A stretch of DNA of 61,954 bases, the filler included, from Chiloscyllium plagiosum (Eukaryota): NCBI RefSeq assembly GCF_004010195.1. It is 5 parts of one record of this genome, joined end to end, with 100 filler letters (N's around TTAATTAATTAA, not from the genome) between each part and the next. Parts side by side here need not be neighbours in the genome. Positions count along the whole stretch, not along the records: positions 1 to 14,441 come from NC_057714.1; positions 14,542 to 22,333 come from NC_057714.1; positions 22,434 to 48,446 come from NC_057714.1; 2 more parts are not named here. One strand, written 5' to 3'. This document shows positions 11,562 through 24,494 of the stretch, in pieces. Position 1 is the stretch's first letter. The number at the start of each line of letters is the position of its first letter. A program made the position numbers and the translations under genes. The notes beneath the pieces were generated by a model. It was not told where the DNA came from and ran no database searches. It worked only from the letters and a program-made list of their open reading frames with translations.

Positions 11562-13427
11562 AGTCATAGAGATGTACAGTACGGAAACAGACCTTCGGTC
11601 CGACTCATCCATACCAACCAGATATCTTAACCTAATCTAGTCCCATTTTCTAGCACTTGGCCCATATCCCTCTAAACCCTTCCTATTCATATACCCATCC
11701 AGATGTCTTTTAAATGCTGTAATTGTACCAGCCTTCACCACTTGCTCTGGCAGCTCATTCTACACACGCACCGCCTTCTATGTAGAAAATGTTGCCCCTT
11801 AAGTCCCTTTTATGTCTTTCCCCTCTCACCGTAAACCTCAGCCCTCCTGTTCTGGACTCCCCCACCTCAGACAAGTTGGACCGAAGGATCTGTTTCCATG
11901 CTGTACATCTGTATGACTCTATGACTCTATTTATCCTATCCATGCCCCTCATGATTTTATAAACCTCTATAAGGCCACCTCTCAGCCTCCGACACTCCAG
12001 GGAAAACAGCCCCAGCCTGTTCAGCCTCTCCCTATGGGGAGAAAGTGAGGTCTGCAGATGCTGGAGATCAGAGCTGAAAATGTGTTGCTGGAACAGCGCA
12101 GCAGGTCAGGCAGCATCCAGGGAACAGAAGAATCGACGTTTCTGGCATAAGTCCTTCTTCCTGAAGAAGGGCTTATGCCCGAAACGTCGATTCTCCTGTT
12201 TCCCTGGATGCTGCCTGACCTAGTGCGCTGTTCCAGCAACACATTTTCAGCAGCCTCTCCCTATAGCTCAAATCCTCCAACCCTGGCAACATCCTTTTAA
12301 ATCTTTTCTGAAGCCTTTCAAGTTTCACAACATCCTTCCGAGAGGAAGGAGACCAGAATTACACACAATATTCTAACATTGGCCTAACCAATGTTCTGTA
12401 CAGCCGCAACATGACCTCCCAACTCATATACTCAACGCTCTGACTAATAAAGAAAAGCATACCAGGCGCCTTCTTCACTATCCTATCTACCTGTGACTCT
12501 GCTTTCAAGGAATTATAAACCTGCACTCCAAGGTCTTTTTGTTCAGCAACATTCCCCAGGACCTTACCATTAAGTATATAAGTGCTGCTCTGATTTGCTT
12601 TTCCAAAATGCAGCACCTCACATTTATCGAAATTAAACTCAATCTGCCACTTCTCAGCCCACTGGCCCATCAGTTCAAGATCCCGTTGTACTCTGGGGTA
12701 ATCTTCTTCACTGTCCACTATACCTCCAATTTTGGTGTCATCTGCAAATTTACTACTTACTACTTACTTACTAACTCCTATGTTCACATCCAAGTCATTT
12801 ATATAAATGATGAAAAAAAGTGGACCCAGCAACAAACCTTGTGGCACTCCACTGGTCACAGGCCTCCAGTCTGAGAAACAATCTTCCACCATCACCCTCT
12901 GTCTTCTACCGTTTGAGCCAGTTCTGTATCCAAATGACTAGTTCTCCCTGTATTCCATGAGACCTAACCTTGCTAACCAGTCTCCCATGGGGAACCTTGT
13001 TGAACGCCTTACTGAAGTCCATATAGATCACATCTGCCGCTCTGCCCTTATCAACCCTCTGTGTTACTTCTTCAAAAGACTCAATCAAGTTTGTGAGACA
13101 TGATTTCCCATGCACGAAGCCATGTTGACTATTCCTAATTAATCCTTGCCTTTCCAAATATGTAAATCCTGTCCCTCAGTCTTCCTTCCAACAACTTGCA
13201 CACCACCAATGTCAGGCTCACCGGTCGATTGTTCCCTGGCTTTTCCTTACCACCTTTCTTAAAAAGTGGCACCATGTTTGCCAACCTCCAGTCTTCTGAC
13301 ACCTCACCTCTGATTATCGATGATACAAATGCCTCAGTAGGAGGCCCAGTAATCACTTCCTAGATTCCCACAGAGTTCTCAGGTACACCTGATCAGGTCC
13401 TGGTGACTTATCCACTTTTATGCATTT
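11562..13427 (-). mobile_element. CR1/HER1 LINE (RT region and 3' tail) with nested insertions
   Basis: ORFs 12359-12718, 12906-13157 ([20 protein letters not shown]), 13135-13356. An opposite-strand 3' tail lies at ~11872-11928 and a Penelope insert at 12036-12250. Confidence 0.92.
12036..12250. mobile_element. Penelope-like fold-back (inverted pseudo-LTR pair) with 14-bp TSD
   Basis: ~88-bp inverted arms 12073-12251; TSD CAGCCTCTCCCTAT at 12022-12035 and 12251-12264; hammerhead core 12161-12188. Confidence 0.88.
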
Positions 13428-14832
13428 ATAGAACATAGAACATAGAACAATACAGCACAGAACATGCCCTTCGGCCCACGATGTTGTGCCGAACATTTGT
13501 CCTAGCTTAAGCACCCATCCATTTACCTATCCAATTGCCACTTAAAGTTCGCCAATGATTCTGACTCTGCCAATCCCACAGGCAGTGCATTCCATGCCCC
13601 CACTCTCTGGGTAAAGAACCTACCCCTGACATCTCCCCTATACCTTCCACACTTCACCTTAAATTTATGTCCCCTTGTAACACTCTGTTGTACCCTGGAA
13701 AAAGTTTCTGATTGTCTACTCTATCTATTCCCCTAATCATCTTATACACCTCTATCAAGTCACCCCTCATCCTTCTCTGTTCCAATGAGAAAAGGCCTAG
13801 CACGCTCAACCTATCCTCGTACGACCTATTCTCCATTCCAGGCAACATCCTGGTAAATCTTCTCTGCACCCTCCCCAAAGCTTCCACATCTTTCCTAAAG
13901 TGAGGCGACAAGAACTGCACACAGTACTCCAAATGTGCCTAACCAAAGTCCTGTACAGTTGCAACATCACTTCAAGACTCTTGAATTCAATCCCTCTGCT
14001 AATGAACGCGAATACACCATAGGCCTTCTTACAAGCTCTACCCACCTGAGTGGCAACTTTCAAAGACCTATGAACATAGACCCCAAGATCCCTCTGCACC
14101 TCCACCTTACTAAGAACTCTACCGTTAACCCTGTATTCCGCATTCTTATTTGTCCTTCCAAAAGGGACACCCTCACACTTGACAGGGTTGAACTCCATCT
14201 GCCACTCCTCAGCCCAGCACTGCATCCTATCTAAGTCCCTTTGCAGCCGACAACAGCCCTCCTCACTATCCACAACTCCACCAATCTTCGTATCATCTGC
14301 AAATTTACTGACCCACCCTTCGACTCCCTAATCCAAGTCATTAATAAAAATTACAAACAACAGAGGACCCAGAACTGATCCCTGCGGAACTCCACTTGTA
14401 ACTGGGCTCCAGGCTGAATATTTACCATCTACCACCACACTNNNNNNNNNNNNNNNNNNNNNNNNNNNNNNNNNNNNNNNNNNNNTTAATTAATTAANNN
14501 NNNNNNNNNNNNNNNNNNNNNNNNNNNNNNNNNNNNNNNNNCCTGCTTGTACAGGTCCCACCTTCCCCAGAATGCAGTCCAATTGTCCAAATACCTGAAG
14601 CCCTCCCTCCTACACCATCCTTGCAGCCACGTGTTCAACTGCACTCTCTCCCTATTCCTTACCTCACTGTCACGTGGCACCGGCAACAACCCAGAGACGG
14701 CGACTCTGTCCGTCCTAACTTTTAGCTTCCAGCCTAACTCCCTCAGCTCCTGAATGACCTCCCCACCCCTCTTCCTACCTATGTCGTTGGTGCCAATGTG
14801 CACCACGACGTCTGGCTGCACACACTCCCCCT
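13428..14832 (-). mobile_element. Young CR1 LINE: 3' RT end, gap linker, ORF1 esterase fragment
   Basis: (CATAGAA)n tail at 13428; ORFs 13654-13932, 13806-14273; 14542-14832 (VVVHIGTND SGNH block) nearly identical to ~56571-56860. Confidence 0.9.
14442..14541. other. Artificial scaffold linker N44-TTAATTAATTAA-N44 (also 22334-22433, 48447-48546, 55935-56034)
   Basis: Identical 100-bp structure four times; the core has stops in all six frames. Confidence 0.97.
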
Positions 14833-15204
14833 TTGGTATTTCTCTTCGCCAATGGTATGTTAGCAGTCCTCTGAAACATCACTAATAGCCAGAGAGCATT
14901 GGAACACAATGCTCAAAGTCTGAACTCTTGCTTCCCTTGACCTGGTGATTTGTTCATGTTTCAAGGCTGCCAAACATGTCATTATTTCCTCCTCACTGTT
15001 TATCCCATTTGATATTTCACACTAATGTCAGCTTTGTCTTTCCACTTTACTTTGTGAAAATTCTCACAACCTCTTGCTCTAGAAGAGCGGAGGGCAGGGA
15101 GAGATGACCTGTGAGAGTGGGGTCAGATGGGGTGGAGCTTGTTGACAACAATTGCTGCCTATCAGCCCATGACCCCAAAGTTTCAAATGTGGGTCTGATC
15201 CCTA

Positions 15205-15413
15205 ATTTAGAATCGTAAAGTCATAGAGATATATACAGCGCAGAACCAGACCCTTCAGTACAACTTGTCCATGCTGACCAGATATTCTAAATCCCATCCA
15301 GTCCTATTTGCCAACATTTGGCCCATATCTCTCTAAACTGTTCCTATTCATATACCCACCCAGATGCCTTTTTAAATATTTTTATTGGACTAGCCTCTAC
15401 CACTTCCTCTGGC
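15205..15413 (-). mobile_element. CR1/HER1 3' tail fragment
   Basis: Reverse complement of the 4740-4930 tail; interrupted by a Penelope insert. Confidence 0.8.
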
Positions 15414-15940
15414 AAAGTCAAAAAGGGTGACACTGAAAAAACACAGCAGGTCAGGCAGCATCTGAGGATCAGGAGAGTTGACCTTGGCAGGTGGCTTCGA
15501 TTTGGCGGTGGAAGAGGCCTAGCATTTGCATGCCCTTAGGGGAGTGGGAGGGAGAGTTGAAGTATCATGATACACACACCAAACAATCCCACCACCCTAT
15601 GGCTGACCACTTCAACTCACCTCCCCCCCCCACACCCCCCCACACCCACACCCCCACAGTCTCCAATCAGATGGCATCAACATCGACTTCACTAGTTTCC
15701 AAATTTCCCCTTCCCCCACCTCATCCCAGACCCAATTCCAGTGTACCTTCCCCACAGCCCCAATCCCACCCCCTAATTTACCTCTCATTCCCCTTTCCCC
15801 ATTCACATTCCTGATCAGGGGTTATGCAGGAAAGATTGACTCTCCTGATCCTTGGATGCTGCCTGACCTGCTGTGCTTTTCCAGCGCCACCCTTTTTGAC
15901 TCTGACCTCTCCAGTGTCTGCAGTCCTCACTTTCTCCCAC
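15414..15940 (+). mobile_element. Penelope-like element 3' end (GIY-YIG C-terminus + pseudo-LTR) with inverted 5' pLTR piece
   Basis: HPMADHFNSP and DGINIDFTSF motifs typical of PLE endonuclease ends; inverted pLTR at 15414-15483. Confidence 0.78.
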
Positions 15941-16854
15941 TTCTTCTGCCAGTTCACTTCAATATTTGCTTAATTGACTGAGGTGTCAGTGGGGAAGCAG
16001 TTTGGGCCAGTGATCATAACTCTATTAGTTTTAAAGTAGTTATGGAAAAGGATAGACCTGATCTAAAAGTTAAAATTCTATAATTTAGAATTGCATAATT
16101 GTATAATTTTGCAAAGTCCTACTTTTCAGAAATTTACCTATGTGCTTGTTCTTCTTTTTCCCTCTGACTGTTTCAGAAGTTTATAATATAATGCACCAAT
16201 GTGACTGCCCTTTTCTTGTTCCCACGTATGACCCTTATGGCTTTGTTTCAATGCTCTCTCTGTCCAGCACATCCATCCTCTCCTGTCAGCTGTGTTTTTT
16301 TTTCTAATCAGTATTGCGATAACCACTATCTTACTTTTAAAATATACACCTCTTTCTACCACTTGAACTTTGTTACCAGGAATGTTGAATTGGAATTTTT
16401 ATATCAAGAGTCAGTGATAACTTTATCACAGTGCCTACCTGTGCCCCCTGTTCATCAGTGTTATTTGCTTCTTTATATTGAAGTATTTAATCACTAATCA
16501 TTGAATAATTAATTTGTTTCCTATTATCTAGTTTTAATCTCCTTTTGCTCTTCAGAATTATTATATTGATTTCCTGTTTTTTATTTCTAACTTTTTTTTT
16601 CTTATACAATACAGCACAGGAACAGACCCTTCAGCCCACCAAGCCTGTGGTGATTCCTCATCCTTATTTAGAGCCGTATTCTTCTCTCCTGAATCTATGT
16701 ACGCATTTTCTTTCCCCTCACAAGTTTAAATAAATACTCCCCAGTGAAAGACTCCAAGGCCTGAACTACAGGGAGGAAATTTTCAAGCCTTGAAGTCAAA
16801 GCAGCTCTTCTTTCTTTTCTCTCCCTCTGTCGCTTTCTCCTTTTCTCTTACTCT

Positions 16855-16856
16855 TT

Positions 16857-16895
<39 letters not shown>
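16855..16895. repeat. (CT)n microsatellite
   Basis: Direct reading. Confidence 0.95.
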
Positions 16896-16898
<3 letters not shown>

Positions 16899-17408
16899 CC
16901 TACCCCCCCTTCACCATCTGACTGGTTGTCACTTTCTCTGCCTGCACACCCATAAGCAATAATGTGACCATATGCAGAAATGTGTTATCTATCTAGCTGT
17001 CAGTCTCATGGATGTGTCACTTGGTGCCAGCTGCTACTCAAGATGTGAAATTTGGAGCATGAGCATTTCCGCTGGTGATACCTTTGTAATGACAGACAAC
17101 ACTGACTGCCCATATGGAACAACGTTTAATGACGCTCTATCCGAGGGTCATTAAACTAAAGATTGATAGGCTTAAAAAAAGTATTGTGTCATGTCCACCT
17201 CTGAATAATTATTTCCCTTGTGTATGAGAACATATATGCATGTGGGGAAAAGAAAGACAACGCTGATAACTCGAAATGTACAACCACAAACATGACCTAT
17301 ATTAACGATTGACACCAAACAGAAATTACTAATGTCAAGTGACCCCTTCCTCAGAATTCCAGTTCTTCTCTCTTCTCTTCTCTTTCCCTTTTTCTTCTCT
17401 TTCTCTTG

Positions 17409-17413
<5 letters not shown>

Positions 17414-17447
<34 letters not shown>
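17414..17447. repeat. (CT)n microsatellite
   Basis: Direct reading. Confidence 0.95.
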
Positions 17448-17451
<4 letters not shown>

Positions 17452-17454
17452 CCC

Positions 17455-17582
17455 ACTCCTGAGGAAGGGTTCTGAGTTCACCGGATCCAAAACGTTAACT
17501 CTGATTTCTCTTCACAGATGCTGCCAGACCTGCTGAGCAATTTCCAGCAATTTCTGATCTTCAGCATCCTCAATTCTTTCAT
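17455..17582 (+). mobile_element. Penelope-like pLTR fragment (GAAACGTTAACT family), degraded
   Basis: CTGAGGAAGGGT..CCGGATCC.AAACGTTAACTCTG; related to ~22035-22130, 39155-39285 and 59690-59825. Confidence 0.65.
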
Positions 17583-17772
17583 TTTTTTTAGTAAGAATTC
17601 ATTATGTTAACACATTGAAGTGGTCAACATATTGTTTTGTGCTCTACTTCATTGAGAGGAAATTGCTCACTAACTGAATAATGCAATAAAGCAAACTGCA
17701 GACATAGGGTTGTTTACGATAGAATAAAACTTACCTGACATTTTTTTGAAAACCAACTATGCAACACTGTCT

Positions 17773-18228
17773 TAGAATCATAGAGTTACACAACATGGAA
17801 ACAGACCCTTCAGTCCAACTCATTTATGCCAATCAGATATCCTAAACTGATCCAGTCCCACTTGCTAGTATTTGGCCCATATCCCTCTAAACCCTTCCTA
17901 TTCATATTCCCATCCAGATGTCTTCTAAACCTTGTAATTGTACCAGCCTCCACCACCACCTGTAGCATCTCGTTCTATATACGCACCACCCTCTGCGTGA
18001 AAACATTCCCCCTCAGGTCTCTTTTAAATCTTTCCTCTCTCACCTTAAATCTATGCCCTCTAGTTTTGAACTCTGCTACCCTGGGAAAAAGACCTTGACT
18101 ATTGCCCTATCCATACCCTTCATCATTTTATAAACTTCTATAAGGTCACCTCTCAGCCTTTGACGATCCAGGGAAAATAGCCCCAGTCTATTCAGCTTCT
18201 CTCTGTAGCTTAAACCCTCCAATCCTCT
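17773..18228 (-). mobile_element. CR1/HER1 3' fragment
   Basis: Reverse complement of 4544-4930-type sequence. Confidence 0.88.
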
Positions 18229-18321
18229 TCAGAAAACTATTGAGTCTTCTTGAAAGAGCTTTATCATATCTCAAGTGTGTTCTTTCCAATTGATTTCTAA
18301 AATTAATTTCTAATGCATCCA

Positions 18322-21130
18322 GGTGTGGTGGTATTGTTTTGTAATCCAGAAAACAAGACTCTCCATGGGAACGTGGATTTGAGTCCCATCACAGCAGTGA
18401 TGGGAGTGAATTTGATGAATAAAAATCTGGAAGTTAAGCGAAGCTAGCCTAACAATAACTGTGAAACCACTGTCATAAAAAAACCCACGTGGTTTGCTGA
18501 TGTTCCATCCCTCCTGTCTGAGTAAGCTAATCCATTGCATCAAACTACAACAAAGCCTGGGTTAAAGAAGTGAAATTGGATGGACCCCCAGGCATCTTCC
18601 AAGGCACTGGAAGAAATGTTACTGTATCCACTGTGACACTACAGAGTCTTCCCTATTAGCGTATATGGGAGGGTTTCTCTCAGAAATTGGTAAAGCTGCC
18701 TCACAGATTGGTCAAGCAATAGCCTGACATAACCATGCTCTCAGAATCATACCTAATAGACAGTGTCATTGACAGCACCCCCATATCAATAGCTATGGCA
18801 GCACACTGGTGGAAAGGAAGAGGTTTGCTTGAGAGTCTGTGATATTGATTCTGGAACCCATGAGGCCTCGTGGCATTCGGTCAAACATTGGCGAGGAAAC
18901 CTCCTGTTGACTATTGCCTAGTCCTCGTCCATCCCCTACACCACCCCACTCCAGGTACTGAATCAATTTTCCTCCATATTGGACACCACCTGGAGGAAGC
19001 ACTGAAGCAAAAGGACAGAAGGTACATTGGTTGGGATCTTTAATATGGTCCATCACCAATAACGGTGTACTAACATCGCTGTGAACCAGCTCCCCAAGGG
19101 CATAGCTGAGTAGATTGGGTCTCTAGTTGGTGAGGAAACTGACAAGAGGGAATATGTACTCAGACCCATCCTCACCACTATACTTGTAGCAGATGTATCT
19201 GTCCATCACAATATTGGTGGGAATGAGTCAGGGTGGGTTACTCTTCAGAGGGTCGGTGTGGACTTGTTGGGCTGAAAGGCCTGTTTCCACACTGTAGGAA
19301 ATTTAATCTAATCAAATGAATGACCACTATACTTTATCTCCTTGTGCAGAGCTTTCACTTTGAGGGTACCCTACATCATGTTCTAACGTACTAACATTAT
19401 GCTAATTGGGATAGATTTTGAAATGATCTAGCAACTTAACATTGGCCTCTGTGGAGTGGTGTGGGCCGTGAGCAACACCACAATTGTACTTAACCACAAT
19501 CTCATGAACTGGTGTCTTCCCTGCCTCCAACATTATTACAAGTCAGGGGATCAACCCTGGTTCACTGAATAGTGTAGGAGTGCAAGAGACCTTGAGCAGC
19601 ACCAGGCATACACAAACTGATGTGTCAACTTCATGCAACTCCAAGTAGGATTCCTTGTGTGCTAAGCACTACACAATAGACAGAACCAAGATCGTGCAGG
19701 CAACAGAGCAGATGTGAACTCTGCAGTTCTGTCACATACAGTTGTCGCTTGGAATTAAATAACCCACAGGAGGAGGAAGGTCTACAAACCTCCCCTCCTC
19801 AATGATAATTAGATTCCCTACAGTGTGGGAACAGGCCCTTCGGCCCAACAAGTCCAGATCGCCCCTCTGAAGAGTAACCCACCCAGACCTATTTCCTTCT
19901 GATTAATGCACCTAACACTATGGGCAATTTAGCATGGCAAATTCACTTAACCTGCGCATCTTTGGAATGTGGAAGGAATGTGATAGATTTAAGACAGATG
20001 TCAGAGGCAGGTTCTTTACACAGAGAGTGGTAAGGGCGTGGAATGCCCTACCTGCTAATGTAGTCAACTCAGCCACATTAGGGAGATTTAAACAATCCTT
20101 AGATAAGCACATGGATGATTTTGGGATAGTGTAGGGGGACGAGCTGAGAATAGTTCACAGGTCGGTGCAACATTGAGGGCCAAAAGGCAGTATTGTTCTA
20201 TGTTCTATGAAATCAGAACACCAGGAGGAAACCCACATAGACACGGGGAGAATGTGCAAACTCCACACAGACAGTCACCCAATGCTGGAATTGGACCTGG
20301 GTCCCTGGTGCTGTGAGGCAGCAGTGCTAACCACTGAGCCACTGTGCCACCCCAAAAGAAGCCTAGCACATCATTACAAAAGAGAAGACTGAAGCATTTT
20401 CAATTCTTTTCAGCCAGAAGTGTCTGGTGGATGCTCAGTCTCATCTCCGGTTGTCTCCAGCATCACAGATGTCACTTTTTGATTCATTCCATGTGACATG
20501 AAGAAATGGGTAAAGGCTCTGATTCCCTGATCATCCTGAGGATGATTGACCAGAAACTGAACTGGATCAGCTATGTAATATTGTGGCTCCAAGACCAGGC
20601 CAGAGGCTAGGAATTCTGCAGTATGTAACTTTCTTCTTGAGTCCCCAACGTCTATCCAACACCTGCAAAGCACAAATCAGGAGTGTTATGGAATACTCCC
20701 CACTTGCCTGGACGGGTGCAGCTCCAACAACACTCAAGAAGCTTGACACCATCAGGACAAAGTGGTCTGCTGAAAGGAACACATCCACTCCTCCATTACT
20801 AGCATGTAGTAGCAAAAGTCTATACCATCTACAAGATGCACTACAGAAATTCAGCAGGGATCCTGAAAGTACCATCCAAATTCATGAATGTTGTCATCTG
20901 GAAGGACAACGCCAGAAAATAAATGGGATCATTACAAGTTCATCACCAAGCCACTCACCATCCTGACTTGGAAATATATTCCTTCAGTGTTTCTGGGTCA
21001 AAATTCAGAACACCCTCCCTAACAGCATTGTGGGTGTACCTGCTCCATCTGGACTACAGTGGTTCAAAAAAGCAGCTCACCACCACCTTCCGATGGTCAA
21101 TAAATGCTGGCCTACTCTCAATAGCCCATT
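18322..21130 (+). mobile_element. Old CR1-group LINE with tRNA-like 5' head, APE and RT remnants, interrupted by SINEs
   Basis: Frameshifted APE remnant (HRLVKQ*PDITMLSESYL) near 18700-18760, KAQIRSVMEYSPLAW (20583-20966), 3' tail AATAAATGCTGGCC near 21100. A further RT piece (21150-21470) follows. Confidence 0.7.
19810..20350 (-). mobile_element. HE1-type V-SINE with nested + strand CR1 3' fragment (~19978-20207)
   Basis: SINE halves join around DRFKTDVRGRFFTQRVVRAWNALP plus a (TTCTATG)n tail. Confidence 0.88.
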
Positions 21131-22231
21131 TCTCAATAATAAATACTTTAAAAAATATACTTCAAAGATTATGGGCCTTGACAACATGCTGGCAATAGCT
21201 TTCAAGATTCATCCTCCAAAACTCTCTGCACCCTTTAGCCATGCTGTTTTCATATATAACTATAACACTGACATCTACGTAACAGTGTGGAAAATTGCCC
21301 AGTTATACCTGAGTGCACACAAAAGAGACAAATCCAATGCAATCAATTACTTTCTTATCAATCTACTCTCTATCATCAGTAAAATAATGGAATGTGTTAT
21401 TTGATGATGCTGTCAAAGAGCTTTTACTCAACAATAATGTACTCACTGACACTCCCATTCAGATCATGATTTCATTAAAGCATATGTCCAAACTTGCAGT
21501 CGTAGTATTTTACAGCAGGGATGGGTAATGGGTCTGGGTGAGATGCGCTTCGGAGGGTTAGTGTGGACTGAATGGCCTGAGTCCACACTGTAGGGATTCT
21601 ATGATTTGCAACAAGTGAGGAAACTTTTTTTCTGAGACTGTGAGTATTTGAAATTCCCTTTCTCAAAATACAGTAGATGTCGAATTTTAAATATATTTTA
21701 AGGCCAAGGTATATTCTCATTACTAAGGGGATATAAGATTATCAGGAATGTAGAGTTGGGATAAAAATCAAATTAGCTATGATTTATTCAATGGCAGAGC
21801 AGGCTTGAAGGGCCGAGTGGCCTTCTCTTGTCTTTGTTCTGATGGGCAATAAAGAACTGAACTCAGTTATTACCGGAGGTCTCCTATGTGAGTCCACCCA
21901 GTTTGTACAATTGTGCTAATAGCTTTGTATTGAGATCAAAAGGTCATACAAATGGTGTGAGTGGAGTATCGAGTAATTAGTCTCTGCAGGTGACCAAGGG
22001 TGTTAGACAGTAAAGTGTCAATGGCTGAAGAAAACTCAGAGTTAATGTTTCGGATCCGGTGACCCTTCCTCTGACTTTTCTTCACAGATTCTGCCGGACC
22101 TGCTGGGCTTTTCCAGCGGCTTCTGTTTGTGTTCCTTGGCTTGTCTGTTCCATTTGGTTTGTCTGCAGCACCACCTTACTTTTAATTTTTTTGTAACTCT
22201 CTCTCTCTCTCTGCCTCATTTAATCGGATTA

Positions 22232-22333
22232 TAGGTGAAAGTGAGGACTGCAGATGCTGGATATTAGAGTCGAGAGTGTGGTGCTGGAAAAGCACAGCAG
22301 GTCAGGCAGCATCCGAGGAGCAGGAGAATTGAT
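22232..22333 (-). mobile_element. Penelope-like pLTR fragment cut by assembly linker
   Basis: Same sequence family as 12036-12140 and 44042-44168. Confidence 0.8.
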
Positions 22334-22433
22334 NNNNNNNNNNNNNNNNNNNNNNNNNNNNNNNNNNNNNNNNNNNNTTAATTAATTAANNNNNNNNNNN
22401 NNNNNNNNNNNNNNNNNNNNNNNNNNNNNNNNN

Positions 22434-22700
22434 GTACCACCACCTCTGGCTCTTCACCCTCATCCTTGAGGATTTCCTGCACTCTGTCCGCGATGTCTTT
22501 CACTCTAGCACCAGGAAAGCAACACACCATCCTTAAATCACGTCTGCTGCCACAAAAACCCCGGTCAGTTCCTCTCACGATGGAGTCCCCTATTACCACG
22601 GCTCTGTGCGATGTCCGACTCTTCCGCTCTGCCTCTGCAGCAACCTTTGATTGACAAACTTGGCTGCCTTGCGAACTGGCAGTGTCATCAGTCTCTGCTT
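22434..22700 (-). mobile_element. CR1 ORF1 esterase fragment
   Basis: VIGDSIVRG (GDSL/SGNH block I); close to ~48640-48900. Confidence 0.9.
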
Positions 22701-22968
22701 CCAGCTATTGACACTTTACTCAAGCCGTCTAACATCTTTGGTCACCTGCAGGGACTTGTTATTCGACACTCCACTCATACTATTTGCATGATCGTTTGAC
22801 CTCTCTGCCCTTAAATTCTGTTTCTATGCGCTTCCCTCTCACTTCACCTAATGAAGGAGCAGGGCTCCGAAAGCTTGTGATTTCAAATAAACCTGTTGGA
22901 CTATAACCTGGTGTTGGGTGACTTCTGACATTGTCTACCCCAGTCCAACACCGGCACCTCCACATCAC
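22700..22968 (+). mobile_element. Penelope-like pLTR (third family) with hammerhead motif
   Basis: TCAC-CTAATGA-A-GGAGC..GCTCC-GAAAGCTT-GTGA (22844-22880), followed by AATAAA. Confidence 0.65.
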
Positions 22969-23664
22969 GGCACTTCATGTCAGTATCTCACTCATTCACT
23001 TCCCAAGCTTTGTAGTTCAGACACCTTCTCTTCAGGTGAAAAGGAGGGGTTACCATTGGCGGGTGAGTTTGTGTGTTTACGTTGGTAAACAGCTAGCTTG
23101 TTGAATTTCAGTAAAGATCAAACTGGTGCAGGAATCCTTGAGGAAATGTGCAGTCAGGCTCCTGATTCTGCAGGAATGCCCCCTTGGGAAGGGAGAGCAG
23201 TCTGTGAATATTCTTTTTAAATTGGCAGTGTTAATTAAGGAAATGAGTCATCCAGCTACTTTGCTTCTAACATTTCCAGTAGTGCTGGCCCTGAAAATGC
23301 CATTGCATTCCAGTTTTTGTTAAAGTGGATGCTGTCGCATCTAGTGTTGCAGGGTGCAGTGGTTTCAGGTTTTAAATGGCTTGGAAGTCACGTGCAATTT
23401 CTCAGTGAGATTGCTAGCAACGCTCAGCTGCATCAGAAGCAGATGGACAATGACTGTCCTGACATGTTAACACCTGCACTTCCCCTCTGCTGCCTGATTT
23501 GCTGAGTATTTCTAGCTGTTTTCTGATTTTTGTTTCACACAAGCACAAAACCATTTTAGTTGACTGCCTCTGTCACTTAACCACCTTTTGTTTTAGTTTT
23601 TTTGTCATCTTCTGCTTACTACTTCAGTGTTGTTTTATCTGGTTACTTAATCGGCATAGGCAGA

Positions 23665-23858
23665 GTTGACAAGCAGGAGGCTGGAAGAATACCACAAGCC
23701 AGGCAGCATCAGGAAGTAGAGAAGTCATTGTTTTGGGTATAACACTTTTTCAGGAAACGTTGACTTCTCCATTTCCTGATGCTGCCTGGTCAGCAGTGTT
23801 CTCCAGCCTCCTGCTTATATACTTTGCATTCCAGTATCTGCAGGTTTTTTTGTCTCTA
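23665..23858. mobile_element. Degraded Penelope-like fold-back pLTR pair
   Basis: Inverted arms AAGCAGGAGGCTGGA..CAGGCAGCATCAGGAA and TTCCTGATGCTGCCTG..TCCAGCCTCCTGCTT. Confidence 0.7.
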
Positions 23859-24261
23859 ATTTGCATAGGTTCCAAGTACACGAAATTGCAACCAACAAAT
23901 CTGTTACCTTCACTGCAGTCGACGATCCACACTGGCTGCCTATCTGCGACAAGCTAAATGTGAACCCTTCCTCCAACTTGACCCAATCTCTATTAGTCCT
24001 GCATTCCATATTTTTTCAATTCTTTGTCAGTTCTTCTTCCTGACACCTCTCCCCATGCAACAGACGCTTCAATTGATTTGACCCCTTTCCCTTTCAGAAA
24101 CCTTTTTCTTGACTTATTTTCTTCAACTGAGCTTTTCAGCCTAATGGGTCATAAGCATTAATTGCCTTCACAATTGCCAAGTGCTTTTGGATTCCTAAAA
24201 TAATCCAGCAAGGGCCATTTGACTCTTTGTGCTCTTTACTAGAGCATTAATCTGTCTCCTA

Positions 24262-24494
24262 TGAAATAACTTCACGAAGGCTGGTATCCTGTCACCAAGT
24301 TACCCTTTGTGTTCACATGCGCAGTACATGACACTGACCCAGCTGGCTCAGAGCTAGCTCCTAGAGTGACCAGAACCCGTGACGCTCTGTTTATATCTGT
24401 CAGCCAGGGCTCCCAATTGGAGCTGTTAACCTGATCCAATCAGGGAACTCATATTCTCTGAGGAAAACCTGGCTGACCTGCTCCAATCACTGCA
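24262..24494 (-). mobile_element. Solo LTR-like element (~230 bp, TG...CA)
   Basis: Homologous to 41831-42057 and ~28830-29210. On the minus strand CCAAT boxes precede TATAAA; AATAAA is retained in the 28.8-kb copy. Confidence 0.65.
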
